A stretch of 64,000 bases of DNA from Candidatus Melainabacteria bacterium 17Bon1m (GCA_032128875.1 JAVLKG010000002.1:736001-800000); one strand, 5' to 3'. Shown: positions 9,946 to 20,528, counted from the first letter of the stretch. Notes: generated by a model not told the origin, from the sequence alone. Made by a program: numbers and translations.

Positions 9946-11652
9946 ATGTCTCGCTTTACTGCCAGAATCAAGTTTTTGATAGTGTCCGCAGCCGTCGCAG
10001 CCAGCGCGACTTGTTCCCTATGTTACAGTCCGGGAGCTTTCGCTCAGGATGCCGTCTGGTCATCTATGTACGACGTGGCTGCTAAAGCTTTCGAAGATGA
10101 TGATTTGGCGCGAGCCGAAAAGTTGACGCTTGAAACAGTCGAAGAAGCTGAGTCACTTCCTAAAGATGGAAATCAGCTCGTCAAAACACTTGCACTTCTC
10201 CAGAAGATTTACGCGGCTGAAAAGAAGCAAGTCGAAGCAGATAAGATTGCCGCGCGCATAGAATCGCTTGGCGGATGCAAAGAACCTCCCAAACGCGCTG
10301 TTCGCAGAGCGACTCCTAAGATTGAAGAAAAGCCTAGGGATGAGGAGCAAACGTCAGAGGGCTCTGATGAAAAAGTGAGCGCAAAAGCGGAAGAAAAAGC
10401 AACCTTGAAGGCGGAAGACAAAACGTCCGCGAAAGCTGAAGAGAAAACTTTGGCAAAGTCCGATGAGAAAGCATCATCAAAAGCTGACGAAGAGACGGAA
10501 GCTCCTAAGAAGAGTGAGACTTCGAAAAAATTAGCCGAGAGCAAAACAGATAAAGGCAACGAAAGCAAAGGACTCAAACGAGGGACACAAGCTGACCCTC
10601 TGCAGTTTGAAGTTTCCACAAAGCCTGATGGAAAGAAAGAAGAAGCACCTGCAAAAACGTCCACGAAGGGTGATGAGCCGGAGCTAAACATCGAGCGAGA
10701 ATTGAGAGATTCGCAAGTTGCGTCTTCTGCTACCAGTCAAGTAAAGACTGAGGGCAACGCGCAGATCTATAAATTGAAAGAAGTGATGAAGCTTGAAGGG
10801 CACATGGGATGGAGCAAATGTGTCGATATTTCACCTGACGCAACTCAAGCCCTTTCCGGAAGCGCCGACAATACGATGAGACTTTGGGATCTCACTACAG
10901 GAAAAGAGATTCAGAAGTTCGAAGGGCATGATGAACCCGTCAATAGCGTCGCGTTTTCTCCATCCGCTGACCGAGCTTTATCGGGTAGCAGTGACAAGAC
11001 AGTTCGTCTCTGGGATCTCGAGGCCGGAACTGTAATCAGAAAATTTCTCGGTCACGAAAACATCGTCACTTGTGTGGCATTTGCACCAACCGGAACTTTG
11101 ATTGCATCAGGTAGTTATGACGGTACTGTGCGTATATGGGATACGCAAACAGGCAAAGAAGTGAGCAGAATGGAAGGCAGTCTTGGAACAGTTAAGTGCC
11201 TTGCGTTTGCTCCTGACGCTGACGAAATCATATCTGGTGGCACAGACAAATTGCTGACGTTGTGGAATGTGAAAAGCGGTAAGAAGATCAGAACCTTTTC
11301 TGGACACTCTGCCGAAGTTGCAACTTGTGCAATCTCAGATGACGGCAGCCGAGTAGTTTCGGCGGGGCGCGATACGACAGTTAGAGTTTGGGATACGGAC
11401 TCTGGCGAAGAGCTGAAGTCTATGACCGGTCATACGAATTGGGTCGTCAAAACTCGATTCATTGCAGTCGATAAGGCGATTTCGGGTGGTCTCGACAAGA
11501 CTTTTAGAATTTGGGATATCGACGAAGGACGGGAGGAAAGAATCTTCAACCTCCAGCACTTCGGTATGTGGAGTCTGGGATTCTCAGAACTTGGTGACAA
11601 AGCAATCACGGGAAGCGATGACTTCACCTTGCGCGTCTGGCAGATGAAGTAA
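9946..11652 (+). CDS. WD40-repeat protein with signal peptide and charged linker
   Basis: About 7 GH...WD repeats at the C-terminus; short TPR-like N-domain; 8-aa KAEEK repeats in the linker. Confidence 0.9.
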   Translation: MSRFTARIKFLIVSAAVAASATCSLCYSPGAFAQDAVWSSMYDVAAKAFEDDDLARAEKLTLETVEEAESLPKDGNQLVKTLALLQKIYAAEKKQVEADKIAARIESLGGCKEPPKRAVRRATPKIEEKPRDEEQTSEGSDEKVSAKAEEKATLKAEDKTSAKAEEKTLAKSDEKASSKADEETEAPKKSETSKKLAESKTDKGNESKGLKRGTQADPLQFEVSTKPDGKKEEAPAKTSTKGDEPELNIERELRDSQVASSATSQVKTEGNAQIYKLKEVMKLEGHMGWSKCVDISPDATQALSGSADNTMRLWDLTTGKEIQKFEGHDEPVNSVAFSPSADRALSGSSDKTVRLWDLEAGTVIRKFLGHENIVTCVAFAPTGTLIASGSYDGTVRIWDTQTGKEVSRMEGSLGTVKCLAFAPDADEIISGGTDKLLTLWNVKSGKKIRTFSGHSAEVATCAISDDGSRVVSAGRDTTVRVWDTDSGEELKSMTGHTNWVVKTRFIAVDKAISGGLDKTFRIWDIDEGREERIFNLQHFGMWSLGFSELGDKAITGSDDFTLRVWQMK

Positions 11653-11672
11653 GCGACCTAAATGCTAGCGGG

Positions 11673-14363
11673 CTAGCGACCTCGTTTTCCCTTTCTTGGT
11701 GGCGCCGGCTTGGCAGATTTTCCTTGTTCGCCAACTGAAGCAGTGGCGCTTTGTTTTGGATCGTCTGGAAGATCGATGCTGCCAATTCCTTTGCTAGGAT
11801 GCGCTGGCGGAACGCCGATGATCAACTCATCACCTTCCCATTTGCTCTTCATGACGGGATTTTGCAACACTCCGCGATCTCGCATAACTTCTCGTTGAAC
11901 TTCTTCATTCAAGTAGGTAAATGCGTCGCCAAGTCTGGTCATTTTGCCGTTTTTTCTCAAACCTTCGATCAAGTGCTTTGTAAACACACTTCCTTGATAT
12001 CGCTTCGACTCCCATGACCGTTGTTCTGGGCTGCTGGACGAAAGTACTAATTGACCTGTGCCTTGTACGATGGATTCAACGTTGACGTTTGCAGCACGGC
12101 CCAAACCTTTGGCGCTGGGTGCTGCGTTGCCGCTGTGGCATGCATCAAGAAGAACCATAACGCGGTCGCAATGCACACGCTCTTTGATGATGCGTGATAG
12201 ATCTTGCATTGCGATGCCGGTTACATACAAATCGTTGACGTCGGTATCGTGTGCCACCAAGTAGTTGACACCACCAACGTCGAGACTCGACGGACTGCCG
12301 TGGCTCGAAAAGTAGATAACGACAAGATCGTCAGGCTCAGCTACACGAGGCAACCATTTGTTGCCGAGCAGGGAGAGAATATTTGCACGAGTCGCAGTAC
12401 TGTCTGTGAGCAACTGCACATGGTCCGGTGCGAAGTTTTTCTCCGTAACCAGAAAGTCGTAAAAGTCTTTCGCATCTTTTGCGCAATAGTGCAAGTTGAT
12501 GCTGGAGTCTTTGAAATTGCTTATTCCGACGATGAGAGCCCATTTGTCACGAATAGGCTTGTTGTTGGAATTCTTTTGCGACGATCCGATTGCCGCGGAA
12601 GCCGCTTCTTCCACATTGCGGGTGACAACAACCGGCTCTTGTGATGCACCTTGCTGCTGTTGCTGTGCAAGTTCTTCTGCTTGTTGCGCCGCACGTTTTC
12701 TCTTCTTGAATGATTCGATAGCTCGTTCGGCTTTGCGTGAAAGATCGCCGGTAAACGCACGTTCGTTCATGCCAGTCACGGCTCTAGCCATGCGAGTATC
12801 GACAAGTATGGCGCCGGCTTCTTCTTGATTGGAAGAGTTGATCAGTACCTTCGCACAGTCTTCGAGATTGAAGATGGCGAACTTTCCTGTACCGTCCGCG
12901 CTGTTTTTGAGTTTGCCTAAGGCAGTTCGGAATAACGCTTCAGCTTTTGTTGCCTGTCGTTTTTTCAAGTAAACGCGACCCAGCATCATGTAGCTGTAGT
13001 ACAGCTTCGGATCGTTCTTGCTCATTTGCTTTTCTTTGATCGCTAGTGCGCGTTTTTCCATTGCTTCAGCTGTATCGCTGTTGTTATCGCCAAGTTCGAT
13101 CAACGCTGACTGTTCTAGGAGATCTGCCAGTGCAATATCTTTTTCGCCTTTCGCTTCTTTGGCACTAATTGCCTCTTGAAGCTGCTGTTTTTTGTTCGCC
13201 ACATATTGAGCGCCAAAATTCTTCGCCTCGCCTATGTCCGAAACTGCACCACTGCTGTCGCCGATTGCCATTCGGGCCATTGCCCGAGTGTAAAAACCTT
13301 CGGCAGTTTTCTCGCCGTTTAGCGCAGCATCGAGATCTTTCTGTGCGCTGATGTATTCGCCCTGCGCAACGTATGCCGCCGCGCGATCCATGAGCGCCGG
13401 ACTGTATTTCGGATTTTGGCGAATCGCTTCACTGAGGTCTACGATTGCACCCTTCGCATCGCCCTTGCTGAGCTTCAAATGTCCCAGATGATAACGGGTA
13501 GTTGCTTCATCAGCTTTCCATGCCGATGCTTCTTGTAAGTCAGCGATAGCTTTGTCGGTTTCGCCCAACTGTGCATAAGCGAGTCCGCGTTGTAGGAAGT
13601 ATTCTCCGTTTTTGCGGCTACCTTTCAAATTTTTACTGTAATAGGCAATCACCTGCTTGAAGTTTTCCTCGGCAGAGCCTTTGCTGCCCTTTTTCATTTG
13701 CACTTCCGCAAGCTGGAATCGCAATGCAGTGGCGCCGGACTTGTTCTTTTTGAGGAGGTACTCATAATCTTCGATAGCGCCATCCAGATCATTGGACAGC
13801 GCTCGGCAATCTGCACGTTCCTTAATTGCATCGAACGAACCTGGATCGAGCTTCAATGCTGTCGAGTAATCGTTAATAGCCTTTTGGTAATCGCCGATCT
13901 TCTTGTACGCGGCGGCTCGGTTCATAAGTGCAGAAGAGTTCTTCGGGCTCAATCGCAAAGCTTGCGAATAGTCTTCGACCGCCGGCGCATAATCATTTTG
14001 CTTGGCGTGGAGTTCGCCGCGCTTGATGAAAGATTCAACCACGTTGGGGTTAATCTTGATTGCCTGGTCATAATCAGCCAGGGCTCCCTCATAGTCTTTC
14101 AGCTCAGACCGCGCGGCTGCCCTGTTTAGGTAGGCTTCATAGACATTCGGATTGTCCCGAAGTACCAGTGTAAATGACGCGACGGCGCTCTCATAGTCTT
14201 TTTTGACCATCTGGTACAGCCCGCGGGTCAAATCCTTCTGATAAGTCTTTGAGTCCGAGAATGCCGGCTGTGTCGTAGCGGTAAATCCGGTTACGATAAA
14301 AACGCTCAAAGCCAAAGCTGTTGCGCCTATTCGGTAGAAGTCCTTCACTTTATTGCCCCACAC
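11673..14363 (-). CDS. TPR-repeat protein with C-terminal caspase-like (peptidase C14) domain
   Basis: Many TPRs; KWALIVGIS, YFSSHG and LLDACHSG (His-Cys dyad intact); N-terminal signal peptide. Confidence 0.9.
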   Translation of the reverse strand: MWGNKVKDFYRIGATALALSVFIVTGFTATTQPAFSDSKTYQKDLTRGLYQMVKKDYESAVASFTLVLRDNPNVYEAYLNRAAARSELKDYEGALADYDQAIKINPNVVESFIKRGELHAKQNDYAPAVEDYSQALRLSPKNSSALMNRAAAYKKIGDYQKAINDYSTALKLDPGSFDAIKERADCRALSNDLDGAIEDYEYLLKKNKSGATALRFQLAEVQMKKGSKGSAEENFKQVIAYYSKNLKGSRKNGEYFLQRGLAYAQLGETDKAIADLQEASAWKADEATTRYHLGHLKLSKGDAKGAIVDLSEAIRQNPKYSPALMDRAAAYVAQGEYISAQKDLDAALNGEKTAEGFYTRAMARMAIGDSSGAVSDIGEAKNFGAQYVANKKQQLQEAISAKEAKGEKDIALADLLEQSALIELGDNNSDTAEAMEKRALAIKEKQMSKNDPKLYYSYMMLGRVYLKKRQATKAEALFRTALGKLKNSADGTGKFAIFNLEDCAKVLINSSNQEEAGAILVDTRMARAVTGMNERAFTGDLSRKAERAIESFKKRKRAAQQAEELAQQQQQGASQEPVVVTRNVEEAASAAIGSSQKNSNNKPIRDKWALIVGISNFKDSSINLHYCAKDAKDFYDFLVTEKNFAPDHVQLLTDSTATRANILSLLGNKWLPRVAEPDDLVVIYFSSHGSPSSLDVGGVNYLVAHDTDVNDLYVTGIAMQDLSRIIKERVHCDRVMVLLDACHSGNAAPSAKGLGRAANVNVESIVQGTGQLVLSSSSPEQRSWESKRYQGSVFTKHLIEGLRKNGKMTRLGDAFTYLNEEVQREVMRDRGVLQNPVMKSKWEGDELIIGVPPAHPSKGIGSIDLPDDPKQSATASVGEQGKSAKPAPPRKGKRGR

Positions 14364-14459
14364 TGAAGGTATCGAATGAATTGCTTTGCGTACGCTGGTA
14401 CGCGAGACTCCAGCTTTTTATTCCCTAAAAAGCACTCCTGGCAAACAGAATACTTAGGC

Positions 14460-16127
14460 CTACGGGCTTTCTGCTCTTTTTAGGGAGGGGAAGAGGCAGG
14501 CGCAGCCGAAAGTCGTGAGCGCGCCGACGAAAATTCGGAAGGGGAAGGCGATTTGGGGAATCTGAAAACTAGCTTTAATCGACAAGCAATGACAGATCAG
14601 GTCGGGCAACCCTGAAAGAACCGCGACGGCTGCAAATCCGACCCCCATGGCAATGAGATTCCCGACATCATTGCCCCTGCTCTTGGTCAATAAGCCTACT
14701 AGAAAAATTCCCAGCAATGAGCCATAGGTATAACCAAATATGCCGAGGACGATTGGAATTATCCGCGACTCTGGATGTTCGATGACAAAGTAAGCAGTTG
14801 CACTGGCGACGACGATCATTAGGGCAGCAAAAACATAGGTAAATCGACGAACAACTTGCACAGCCTCGCTTTCTTCTTCCTCTTCTTCTGTTTTTTTGCC
14901 TGCTGAAACTCCTTCAGAAGCTGGATCTTTGGTCCCATTAGCTGCGCCTGAATTCGAACTCGATGATTTGTGCCAGTCGCGTGTGTAGCTGGTGGCGAGT
15001 GCGTTCAATGCCGCGCTCAGGGAGCCCATAGAAGTGGCAAAAATTCCTGCAATAAGCAGACCGCGAAGTCCGACGGGAAGGTCTTGCAAAATAAAGTATG
15101 CGAAAACCTCGTTTGTCTTTGCCGGTAAGTTTGGATCGTGGTGAGCTTGAAAAAACAGGCTCATTAGAATGCCAATTGTCAGGAATATGAAACCAATCGG
15201 CAAATCTGCGATGCCGGAAAGCACAAGGGACAATCGACTTTTCTTATAGTCCGGTGCAGTAAGCATACGCTGAACCATATCTTGATCAGTTCCGTGCGTA
15301 GCAAGAGTGGTAAATGTCATGCCGACGAGCGCGGCCCAAATGGTGTACTCAGACGTAAGAATGTCGAGCAAATTGTTCGAAAACGATTCACCACTAGTAG
15401 TGCCACTGGTAATCAGCGCTAATTTGCCACTATTAATCAGGGCATTAAGGGTATCTAGTTTTCCGAGATTTTTAAGCTCGCTAAGCAGCACTAAGATTGC
15501 ACCAATGGCGCCAGAAAACATGACTGTTGACTGAATGCAATCCGTCCAGATAACTGCTTTGATACCACCCATAGAGGTGTAGATAGCTGTAAGGACCGTA
15601 ATTAGGATTATCGAACCCATGTATATTGCGAGCTGCTCGCCGTGGGTGGGTTGAGCACCGCGCACAATAGTAAATCCGACTGCAAGGACGATTGCAGCAA
15701 CATAGAGTCTCGCTCCCGATGCGAGAGTTCTTGTGATAAGGAAGATCGCTGAGGCTGCCTTGCGGGTTTTTTCTCCAAAACGCCATTGAAGAAATTCGTA
15801 AATTGAAAACACCTTCAATTCATAGAAAGGTTTGATGAAAAGAAACGCCACGACTATGCGGCCGATAATGGTGCCAAATACTAGTTGCAAAAACGTGTAA
15901 TTGAGAAGCTTGTATCCTTCACCTGGCGTACCAAGAAAAGTGGCAGCACTTGTCTCAGCTGCAATGATTGAAGCTAGTACGGCCCACCACGGAATCGATC
16001 TGCCGCCAAGCGCGAAAGACTCTAAGCTCTTTTCTTTCTCTGCAAATCTCAAGCCGACAAACATGACCGCGGCAAAGTACGCCAGGATTACTGCGATGTC
16101 GATTGCAATTTGAAATCCTGAATTCAT
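14460..16127 (-). CDS. Sodium:solute symporter (SSS) family transporter
   Basis: LGGRSIPWW, AETSAATF, GGIKAVIWTD and DQDMVQR; many TM helices. Confidence 0.9.
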   Translation of the reverse strand: MNSGFQIAIDIAVILAYFAAVMFVGLRFAEKEKSLESFALGGRSIPWWAVLASIIAAETSAATFLGTPGEGYKLLNYTFLQLVFGTIIGRIVVAFLFIKPFYELKVFSIYEFLQWRFGEKTRKAASAIFLITRTLASGARLYVAAIVLAVGFTIVRGAQPTHGEQLAIYMGSIILITVLTAIYTSMGGIKAVIWTDCIQSTVMFSGAIGAILVLLSELKNLGKLDTLNALINSGKLALITSGTTSGESFSNNLLDILTSEYTIWAALVGMTFTTLATHGTDQDMVQRMLTAPDYKKSRLSLVLSGIADLPIGFIFLTIGILMSLFFQAHHDPNLPAKTNEVFAYFILQDLPVGLRGLLIAGIFATSMGSLSAALNALATSYTRDWHKSSSSNSGAANGTKDPASEGVSAGKKTEEEEEESEAVQVVRRFTYVFAALMIVVASATAYFVIEHPESRIIPIVLGIFGYTYGSLLGIFLVGLLTKSRGNDVGNLIAMGVGFAAVAVLSGLPDLICHCLSIKASFQIPQIAFPFRIFVGALTTFGCACLFPSLKRAESP

Positions 16128-16268
16128 CGTTCCGGATAGATCTATACGCCCACGTGTACAATCATTTTACCGAGTGTGAGCACGAGAACAGCGCTTTTCT
16201 TTTCCAGATGAACGTTCTAATTAGTAAGATGCATGAGATGCCGTCGCATGATTGCTTATGTTGTCGGA

Positions 16269-18281
16269 TTATCTGGGCAATTTCAGGAGATGGTCGGATA
16301 CCTGCCATTCTTCGACGTAAATCTTCTCGAATGCGTTCGAAAAAGCGTTTACGGATAGGGTGGTCGAACCATCAGAATTGCGATGTGTTGGGTCGGAGAA
16401 ATTATCTGCGCTATTGTCCCTCAGCGGATCGCTGACCGTCACGCGACCATTCTTATGGTCGAAATTGACGATTCCGCAAACTGCGCTTTTTGAGATAAAC
16501 CGATTTCCGATCATTCTTGGGCTGTTTCGTTCGCCCACAGCAATCATGGTGCGACGTTGTTTGAACGCGTCGCGCATGACTATGTTCAATTCTGTGAGCT
16601 GCATATCTGTGGTGCTGATCCACCGACCGCCTTGTCCACTCAACAGCCTGCAAATACGTTCAACCGCTTCTAAATGGTCGACATCTGATGCATTTCTCTT
16701 TTGGGATTCGTATTGTTTAAAAGCGTTTTCGATCACAGCCATCCAGAAGCCATATTTACTTCCGTGCACGTACTCGGCAAGACATTTGCTGGTTGGAGCG
16801 CTGACGATAATCGCGGCTTGTTCGCCGGGAAAAGCGACTTTGAATTTGCCGTCTACCGTTTGGCTAATCATACGAAGAATTATATGTGGACATTGAACGA
16901 TCATTGATTCAAAGACTGAGTAGAAGACATTTAGCAGCGGGTCGCTTACGCTACGCTGTATAGCTTGCGGCAAAATACTGTCTATCGGATTGGAAGGATC
17001 AACGAAAAGTGTGCGCGTTGTAGTCTCTCCCTCGTGCCAACATTCGTCCGAGCCCCACCCTGCGATCTTGATCTGACCCTGGATTTGTTTTTTATATCCA
17101 GCTTTGAAGTGTTGAACGAAATCAGTGCGGTTAAGGTAACTTGCTTTAGAGATGAGCAATGAGTTTTTACTTTCGAACTGATTACGCATTTCCTCATACA
17201 TGGTTTGCAAGACTACTTTGGAAACACCATCGCGTTGGTGGCGCTTGTCATATGCCAATCGAACTTGATCTAGCGTAACAGTGCCTGTTTCTGATGTGCT
17301 CAATTCGTCGAAAAGAGTCTGCACCAATTTCACTGCATGTGGTGGCGCTTCGCATCTAGACTCTTGCTCTTTTTTCGTTGTTTCATCAAATGCCAAAATG
17401 TCGTCAATTGTTATGCCTGTTCCTTGACGGCAAAGAGCATGGCGCCTGCTTGCGCAAATGGCATCAAAGTGAGATTGCATCATTGATATCAATTGGATTG
17501 CATCGGGCTCATTCCAAATTTGGCGTGCTGCTAGTTCGAGTTCTTCCTTGCTCAAACTAGAGTCTTGGTTTTTGTCGATACTTCTGAAGATCGCGAAAAG
17601 CGTGCGCTTTAAATCAAAGCCATGAGTAAACGGCGTCAACACAACAATGCGCCCACTGAGCGTACATGTTTGAATTACGCCTGCTGCACTGATGACTTGG
17701 TATGTTCCATCTGGAATCACAACCATCGACATCTCGCAAGTTTGTCCTTCTGCGGATTTCCATGTAGAGATATTTTGATGATCCGGGTGCGAAATGCGAA
17801 CCCATTCCACTCCATCCCTATCGAGCACGCGAACCAGTCTTTCTGATTCGTCGTATTCGAATTCAGCAACACTTCTGTCAGGGTACTGTATGCGGTGCGG
17901 TTTGATATTCCAGCGTCCAAATGAAATCACAGCACCACTTTCGTCTATGGCAGTCCGTGAAATTGTTTGTGGAGCAGCTTGAGAAACTGTCGTCGGAGTA
18001 TTTATCGTGGATGTTGGCTGCGAACTAGCTTCGATTGCAGGTGGAAAACTCATTTCGATTGCAGGTGGAAAACTCATTTCGATTGCAGGTGGCAAACTGA
18101 TTTCGCTTGTCGGTGGCAAACTAGTTTCGATTGCCGGTGACGTACTTGTCGTGCTCGCCGAAAAATCGAAATTAAAAGTCGACTCGAAAACAGGCTGGAA
18201 AAATTCGTAGACAAATTCGCCTGGTGCCAATTCTTTTTTGTCTTGGTTGTCTTGCGATGACACTTGTGCTGGTTGATTCAT
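16269..18281 (-). CDS. EF-hand protein with C-terminal degenerate calpain (peptidase C2)-like domain
   Basis: EF-hand DKNQDSSLSKEE; calpain-like scaffold (MISQTVDGKFKVAFPG, WMAVIENAF) lacking catalytic residues. Start uncertain (18281 or 18368). Confidence 0.65.
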   Translation of the reverse strand: MNQPAQVSSQDNQDKKELAPGEFVYEFFQPVFESTFNFDFSASTTSTSPAIETSLPPTSEISLPPAIEMSFPPAIEMSFPPAIEASSQPTSTINTPTTVSQAAPQTISRTAIDESGAVISFGRWNIKPHRIQYPDRSVAEFEYDESERLVRVLDRDGVEWVRISHPDHQNISTWKSAEGQTCEMSMVVIPDGTYQVISAAGVIQTCTLSGRIVVLTPFTHGFDLKRTLFAIFRSIDKNQDSSLSKEELELAARQIWNEPDAIQLISMMQSHFDAICASRRHALCRQGTGITIDDILAFDETTKKEQESRCEAPPHAVKLVQTLFDELSTSETGTVTLDQVRLAYDKRHQRDGVSKVVLQTMYEEMRNQFESKNSLLISKASYLNRTDFVQHFKAGYKKQIQGQIKIAGWGSDECWHEGETTTRTLFVDPSNPIDSILPQAIQRSVSDPLLNVFYSVFESMIVQCPHIILRMISQTVDGKFKVAFPGEQAAIIVSAPTSKCLAEYVHGSKYGFWMAVIENAFKQYESQKRNASDVDHLEAVERICRLLSGQGGRWISTTDMQLTELNIVMRDAFKQRRTMIAVGERNSPRMIGNRFISKSAVCGIVNFDHKNGRVTVSDPLRDNSADNFSDPTHRNSDGSTTLSVNAFSNAFEKIYVEEWQVSDHLLKLPR
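18031..18140. repeat. 24-bp coding tandem repeat (about 4.5 units)
   Basis: TCGATTGCAGGTGGAAAACTCATT and variants, encoding (EMSFPPAI)n. Confidence 0.9.
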
Positions 18282-18502
18282 TGTGTAATATCCACCGCCG
18301 TTGGCTGGTGAGCCACCGCGGTAAGAGGTGTTTGCAGAGAGGGAGAGATTGTTTTTACAACGTATCACGACAAGTAAGTGAATTAGCAGTTCTTAACAAC
18401 GTGCTAATTATCACTAAAGTTGCTGCGCGAAAGTTTTTCGCTATTGTTGTTCAACGACGAATCATGCTGATTGATCTATATAAGTAGGTTCAATAGAAAG
18501 AA

Positions 18503-19789
18503 CTACGCGACGGCTGTTCCGCCATTTTGCTTCTTGAAGTTTTCTACAACGCCTTTTACGGTTGCGACATACTGGCGCTCGTTGTTACCGTCGCTCGACG
18601 GTGCGTATACGCTGATTACCTGGGACATCGTTTCCAGTCCCCGTTTTTGTACATAGCTTTCGTCGATCAGGCGCGCCCAGTCGCGAGCACCCTCTGCCCA
18701 TGTTTCGTACTTGCGGAAAGTTCCGTCCGACTGGTGGGATTCAGGGGATGTACCTTTGATGTTTCCTAAGCTGTGATTGCCGTTTGCGCGACCATATTTA
18801 CCGCAAGTCGATTCTTGCAAGAAGAAACCGACCGCAACTGCCGGGTCAATGCCACGATTGGTGCAAGCATCATAGAGTGCTTGTGAAAAACCCTCTTCCT
18901 TCGCAGCCGGCGAACCCATCTTTGTAAGAAATTCTTGAATTTGATCAACCGTGCATGAGGGCGGCCCTTTGATAGCTAAGTCGCCTGCGACCGGCGCTGG
19001 AATTGCAGAACGGTCGATCGGTCCGCCTGTATTATCCAGGCTGCCGTCTCTGTAGCCACCTTGAGGTGCAGAGCCGATATTGCTGTTGCCGACGCGCTCT
19101 CCACCGCCTGGGCTACCGCCTCCCGGTCCACCACCACCAGGGCTGGCGATTGGTTGCGGCATTTCGCGTGGTGCTGCAGCTTGTTGAACTGGGGCTTCTT
19201 GTTGAATTTGCGGCATTTCTACTTTGGGTTGAGCCTGCTGCTGGGGCGCCGGCACATCCACATCCGCCGTCTGAGCCGTGTGCAGCATGCCTTTCAGGAA
19301 TTCAGGTATGCCGGTGGCGCCAGGATTGGCCTTTTGCCAGTAGAAGATCTTTTCTTGAACTGCGGCCACTTGCAATTGTTGCGCAACCTTCTTAGCCGCT
19401 TCCAAACCTTGTTTACTGTCGACCTGTACGGTTATTGATCCATCGGGGTTCGGCGTCGTTTTGGCGGGGTTTTTGACCATTTTGCCGTCATCGCCCAAGA
19501 TGTAATCCGGGACTTGTCCGCTGGCTGCGGTGACGAATTTGACGTTCTTGTCGCCTGCTGTCCACTCGCTGATTTGCGACCACGCAGAGGCGTCGATGCC
19601 GGCTGGTGGCGGCGGAGCGTCTATTGGACGAATGAATAAAGAGCTCGGGAAAGACTCCGAAACGCTTGGTTTTGCAAATGAGGTACTTTGCAAATCGCCC
19701 TGAAATGCAGCAGTAGCAGTATTTGCAGCCAAAGAGTCGGTTGCAGTTACAGAACTGATTGATGCGTCAAAATTGGAATTAGCGACCAC
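18503..19789 (-). CDS. Glucosaminidase (GH73-like) peptidoglycan hydrolase with long N-terminal extension
   Basis: C-terminal GIDPAVAVGFFLQES, NIKG, FRKYETWAEG and YAPSSDGN. Confidence 0.75.
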   Translation of the reverse strand: MVANSNFDASISSVTATDSLAANTATAAFQGDLQSTSFAKPSVSESFPSSLFIRPIDAPPPPAGIDASAWSQISEWTAGDKNVKFVTAASGQVPDYILGDDGKMVKNPAKTTPNPDGSITVQVDSKQGLEAAKKVAQQLQVAAVQEKIFYWQKANPGATGIPEFLKGMLHTAQTADVDVPAPQQQAQPKVEMPQIQQEAPVQQAAAPREMPQPIASPGGGGPGGGSPGGGERVGNSNIGSAPQGGYRDGSLDNTGGPIDRSAIPAPVAGDLAIKGPPSCTVDQIQEFLTKMGSPAAKEEGFSQALYDACTNRGIDPAVAVGFFLQESTCGKYGRANGNHSLGNIKGTSPESHQSDGTFRKYETWAEGARDWARLIDESYVQKRGLETMSQVISVYAPSSDGNNERQYVATVKGVVENFKKQNGGTAVA

Positions 19790-19946
19790 TACACGTGCCT
19801 CGTAGGACTGGCCTGCGTCGAATCTGTATAGGAAGCTTAAGGGGCTATTTTGAGGGAGTATAGATCTGGCCTATTGCCATGTCTATCGTAGAAATCCCAT
19901 GGGCTGATGCTTCCGGGTGTCCGTCGCCAGTTACCGTCGGCCGGTT

Positions 19947-20528
19947 CTAGAGTAGGCTCCAAATATCACTTTTGTGTGATCTTCTGAGGTGCATGAACTG
20001 GCAGTTGTTGATTTCGCCGTAAGGCAGCTCGAGATGACGGGCGACTCTGTGCCAAACTCCCCCGTGGGCAACGATAAGGACTGGTCCCGGGTGAGAAAGT
20101 GAGATGTCTAAACCCTTTTTGACGCGGGAGGCGAATTCGTCATTACTCTCGCCGCCGGGCGGATTTCCGACTCTAAAGTCCAGTTCGTGCCAGGAGCGGC
20201 GCTCCCATTCTCCTAAGAACCACTCTTTCAACTCTTCGACTACGACAACGGGCGCTTTGATCACTTCGTTGATGATTTCGGCTGTTTGACGGGCTCTGAT
20301 CATTGGGCTTACGCAAATCGTCTTTACTGCGCGCAGATGCTCAACGGCTTCGCTTTCAGCTAGAGCGCGAGCTTGAGACATGCCGGTCGCGTTTAGTTCA
20401 ATGTCCCAACCTGCTCCCGCCGCAAGTTCAGCTAGATTGGCGTCGGTTTGTCCATGCCTGACGAAGAAGAATTTCTCCTCCAAAATCTCACGGATTATGG
20501 GTTCATCTTGTTCGATTTGCTGTGACAT
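19947..20528 (-). CDS. Histidine phosphatase (PGM) family protein
   Basis: RHGQT, SPMIRARQTA, PGGES and VAHGG. Confidence 0.9.
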   Translation of the reverse strand: MSQQIEQDEPIIREILEEKFFFVRHGQTDANLAELAAGAGWDIELNATGMSQARALAESEAVEHLRAVKTICVSPMIRARQTAEIINEVIKAPVVVVEELKEWFLGEWERRSWHELDFRVGNPPGGESNDEFASRVKKGLDISLSHPGPVLIVAHGGVWHRVARHLELPYGEINNCQFMHLRRSHKSDIWSLL

